Assembly (NCBI GenBank): GCA_963740315.1
Contig: CAVUDP010000003.1
Span: 352,001-416,000, forward strand
Direction of reading: 5' to 3'
Length of the DNA stretch: 64,000 nucleotides
DNA from: an uncultured cyanobacterium
Lineage (GTDB): Bacteria; Cyanobacteriota; Cyanobacteriia; Cyanobacteriales; Nostocaceae
Both the position numbers and the translations under genes were made by a program. The notes under the pieces are model-generated. The model made no database searches and was not told the DNA's origin. It saw nothing but the letters and a program-made list of their open reading frames with translations. Positions 63,651 through 64,000 of the stretch are shown here, piece by piece (position 1 is the first letter of the stretch; every line of letters starts with the position of its first letter).

Positions 63651-64000
63651 CTACGTCAAAACTGCATAACCGAAGGTTGCATTAAATTTACGACACCAAA
63701 CAGCTACAGATTTGAAGTTTGATACATCTACGTTTTCAGGAATTTCATACTTTTGAGCGCCATTTGTACTTTTTAATGGGGCGATCGATGTATAATCTGC
63801 TTCTTTAATTCCGGTAATTGGTAACTTATCGTCTTTGTGCAGAATTACGAATAAATCGGGACCGCTATCGGATTTAAACTGGTTATCAAATTGAATGTAT
63901 TTCTTACCGTTTTCAGTAATAATACTGGCGGTTCCTTTGGTTGGGTGTTCTGCGTCGATGAAAGCACCCGAAGATTCTACGGAGCCAGTAGCAGGGGTTT
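63651..64000 (-). CDS. DM13 domain protein (5' part outside window)
   Basis: Translated by hand: GAFIDAEHPTKGTA...FKSDSGPDLFVIL...LKSTNGAQKYEIP...VAVWCRKFNATFGYA, stop at 63651. Confidence 0.85.
   Translation of the reverse strand, partial: TPATGSVESSGAFIDAEHPTKGTASIITENGKKYIQFDNQFKSDSGPDLFVILHKDDKLPITGIKEADYTSIAPLKSTNGAQKYEIPENVDVSNFKSVAVWCRKFNATFGYAVLT

Overview
AT-rich DNA from a cyanobacterium, most likely a filamentous heterocyst-forming one (Nostocales, Rivularia/Calothrix-like). This is inferred from frequent HIP1 octamers (GCGATCGC), heptameric STRR repeats and genes such as crtD, nblB, Uma2 and a GUN4 domain. About 55 CDS are present, mostly housekeeping or metabolic (hslO, mnmE, ilvC, glgA, acs, phoD, amidase, SagB-type dehydrogenase). 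No rRNA, tRNA, CRISPR array, integrase or intact transposase was found. Accessory features: (1) a tandem RelE/HigB-HigA-like toxin-antitoxin array with an exact 736-bp period (57491-59298), in which identical blocks alternate with strongly diverged toxin-core and antitoxin-N-terminal segments, plus a fourth paralogous pair and PD-(D/E)XK nuclease genes around acs; (2) a co-oriented CHAT protease-AAA_35 NTPase, AAA_35-TM-GUN4 and ParDE module directly downstream of mnmE; (3) tandem Ser/Thr kinases with near-identical kinase domains and swapped membrane/C-terminal regions, each ending in a REPIN-like element; (4) many GTAG-hairpin REP-like elements and very small dispersed repeats, one inserted in frame at a HIP1 site in the PhoD Tat signal peptide. 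Several genes carry single-base frameshifts that may be assembly errors. All product calls come from motif recognition by eye, not from database searches.
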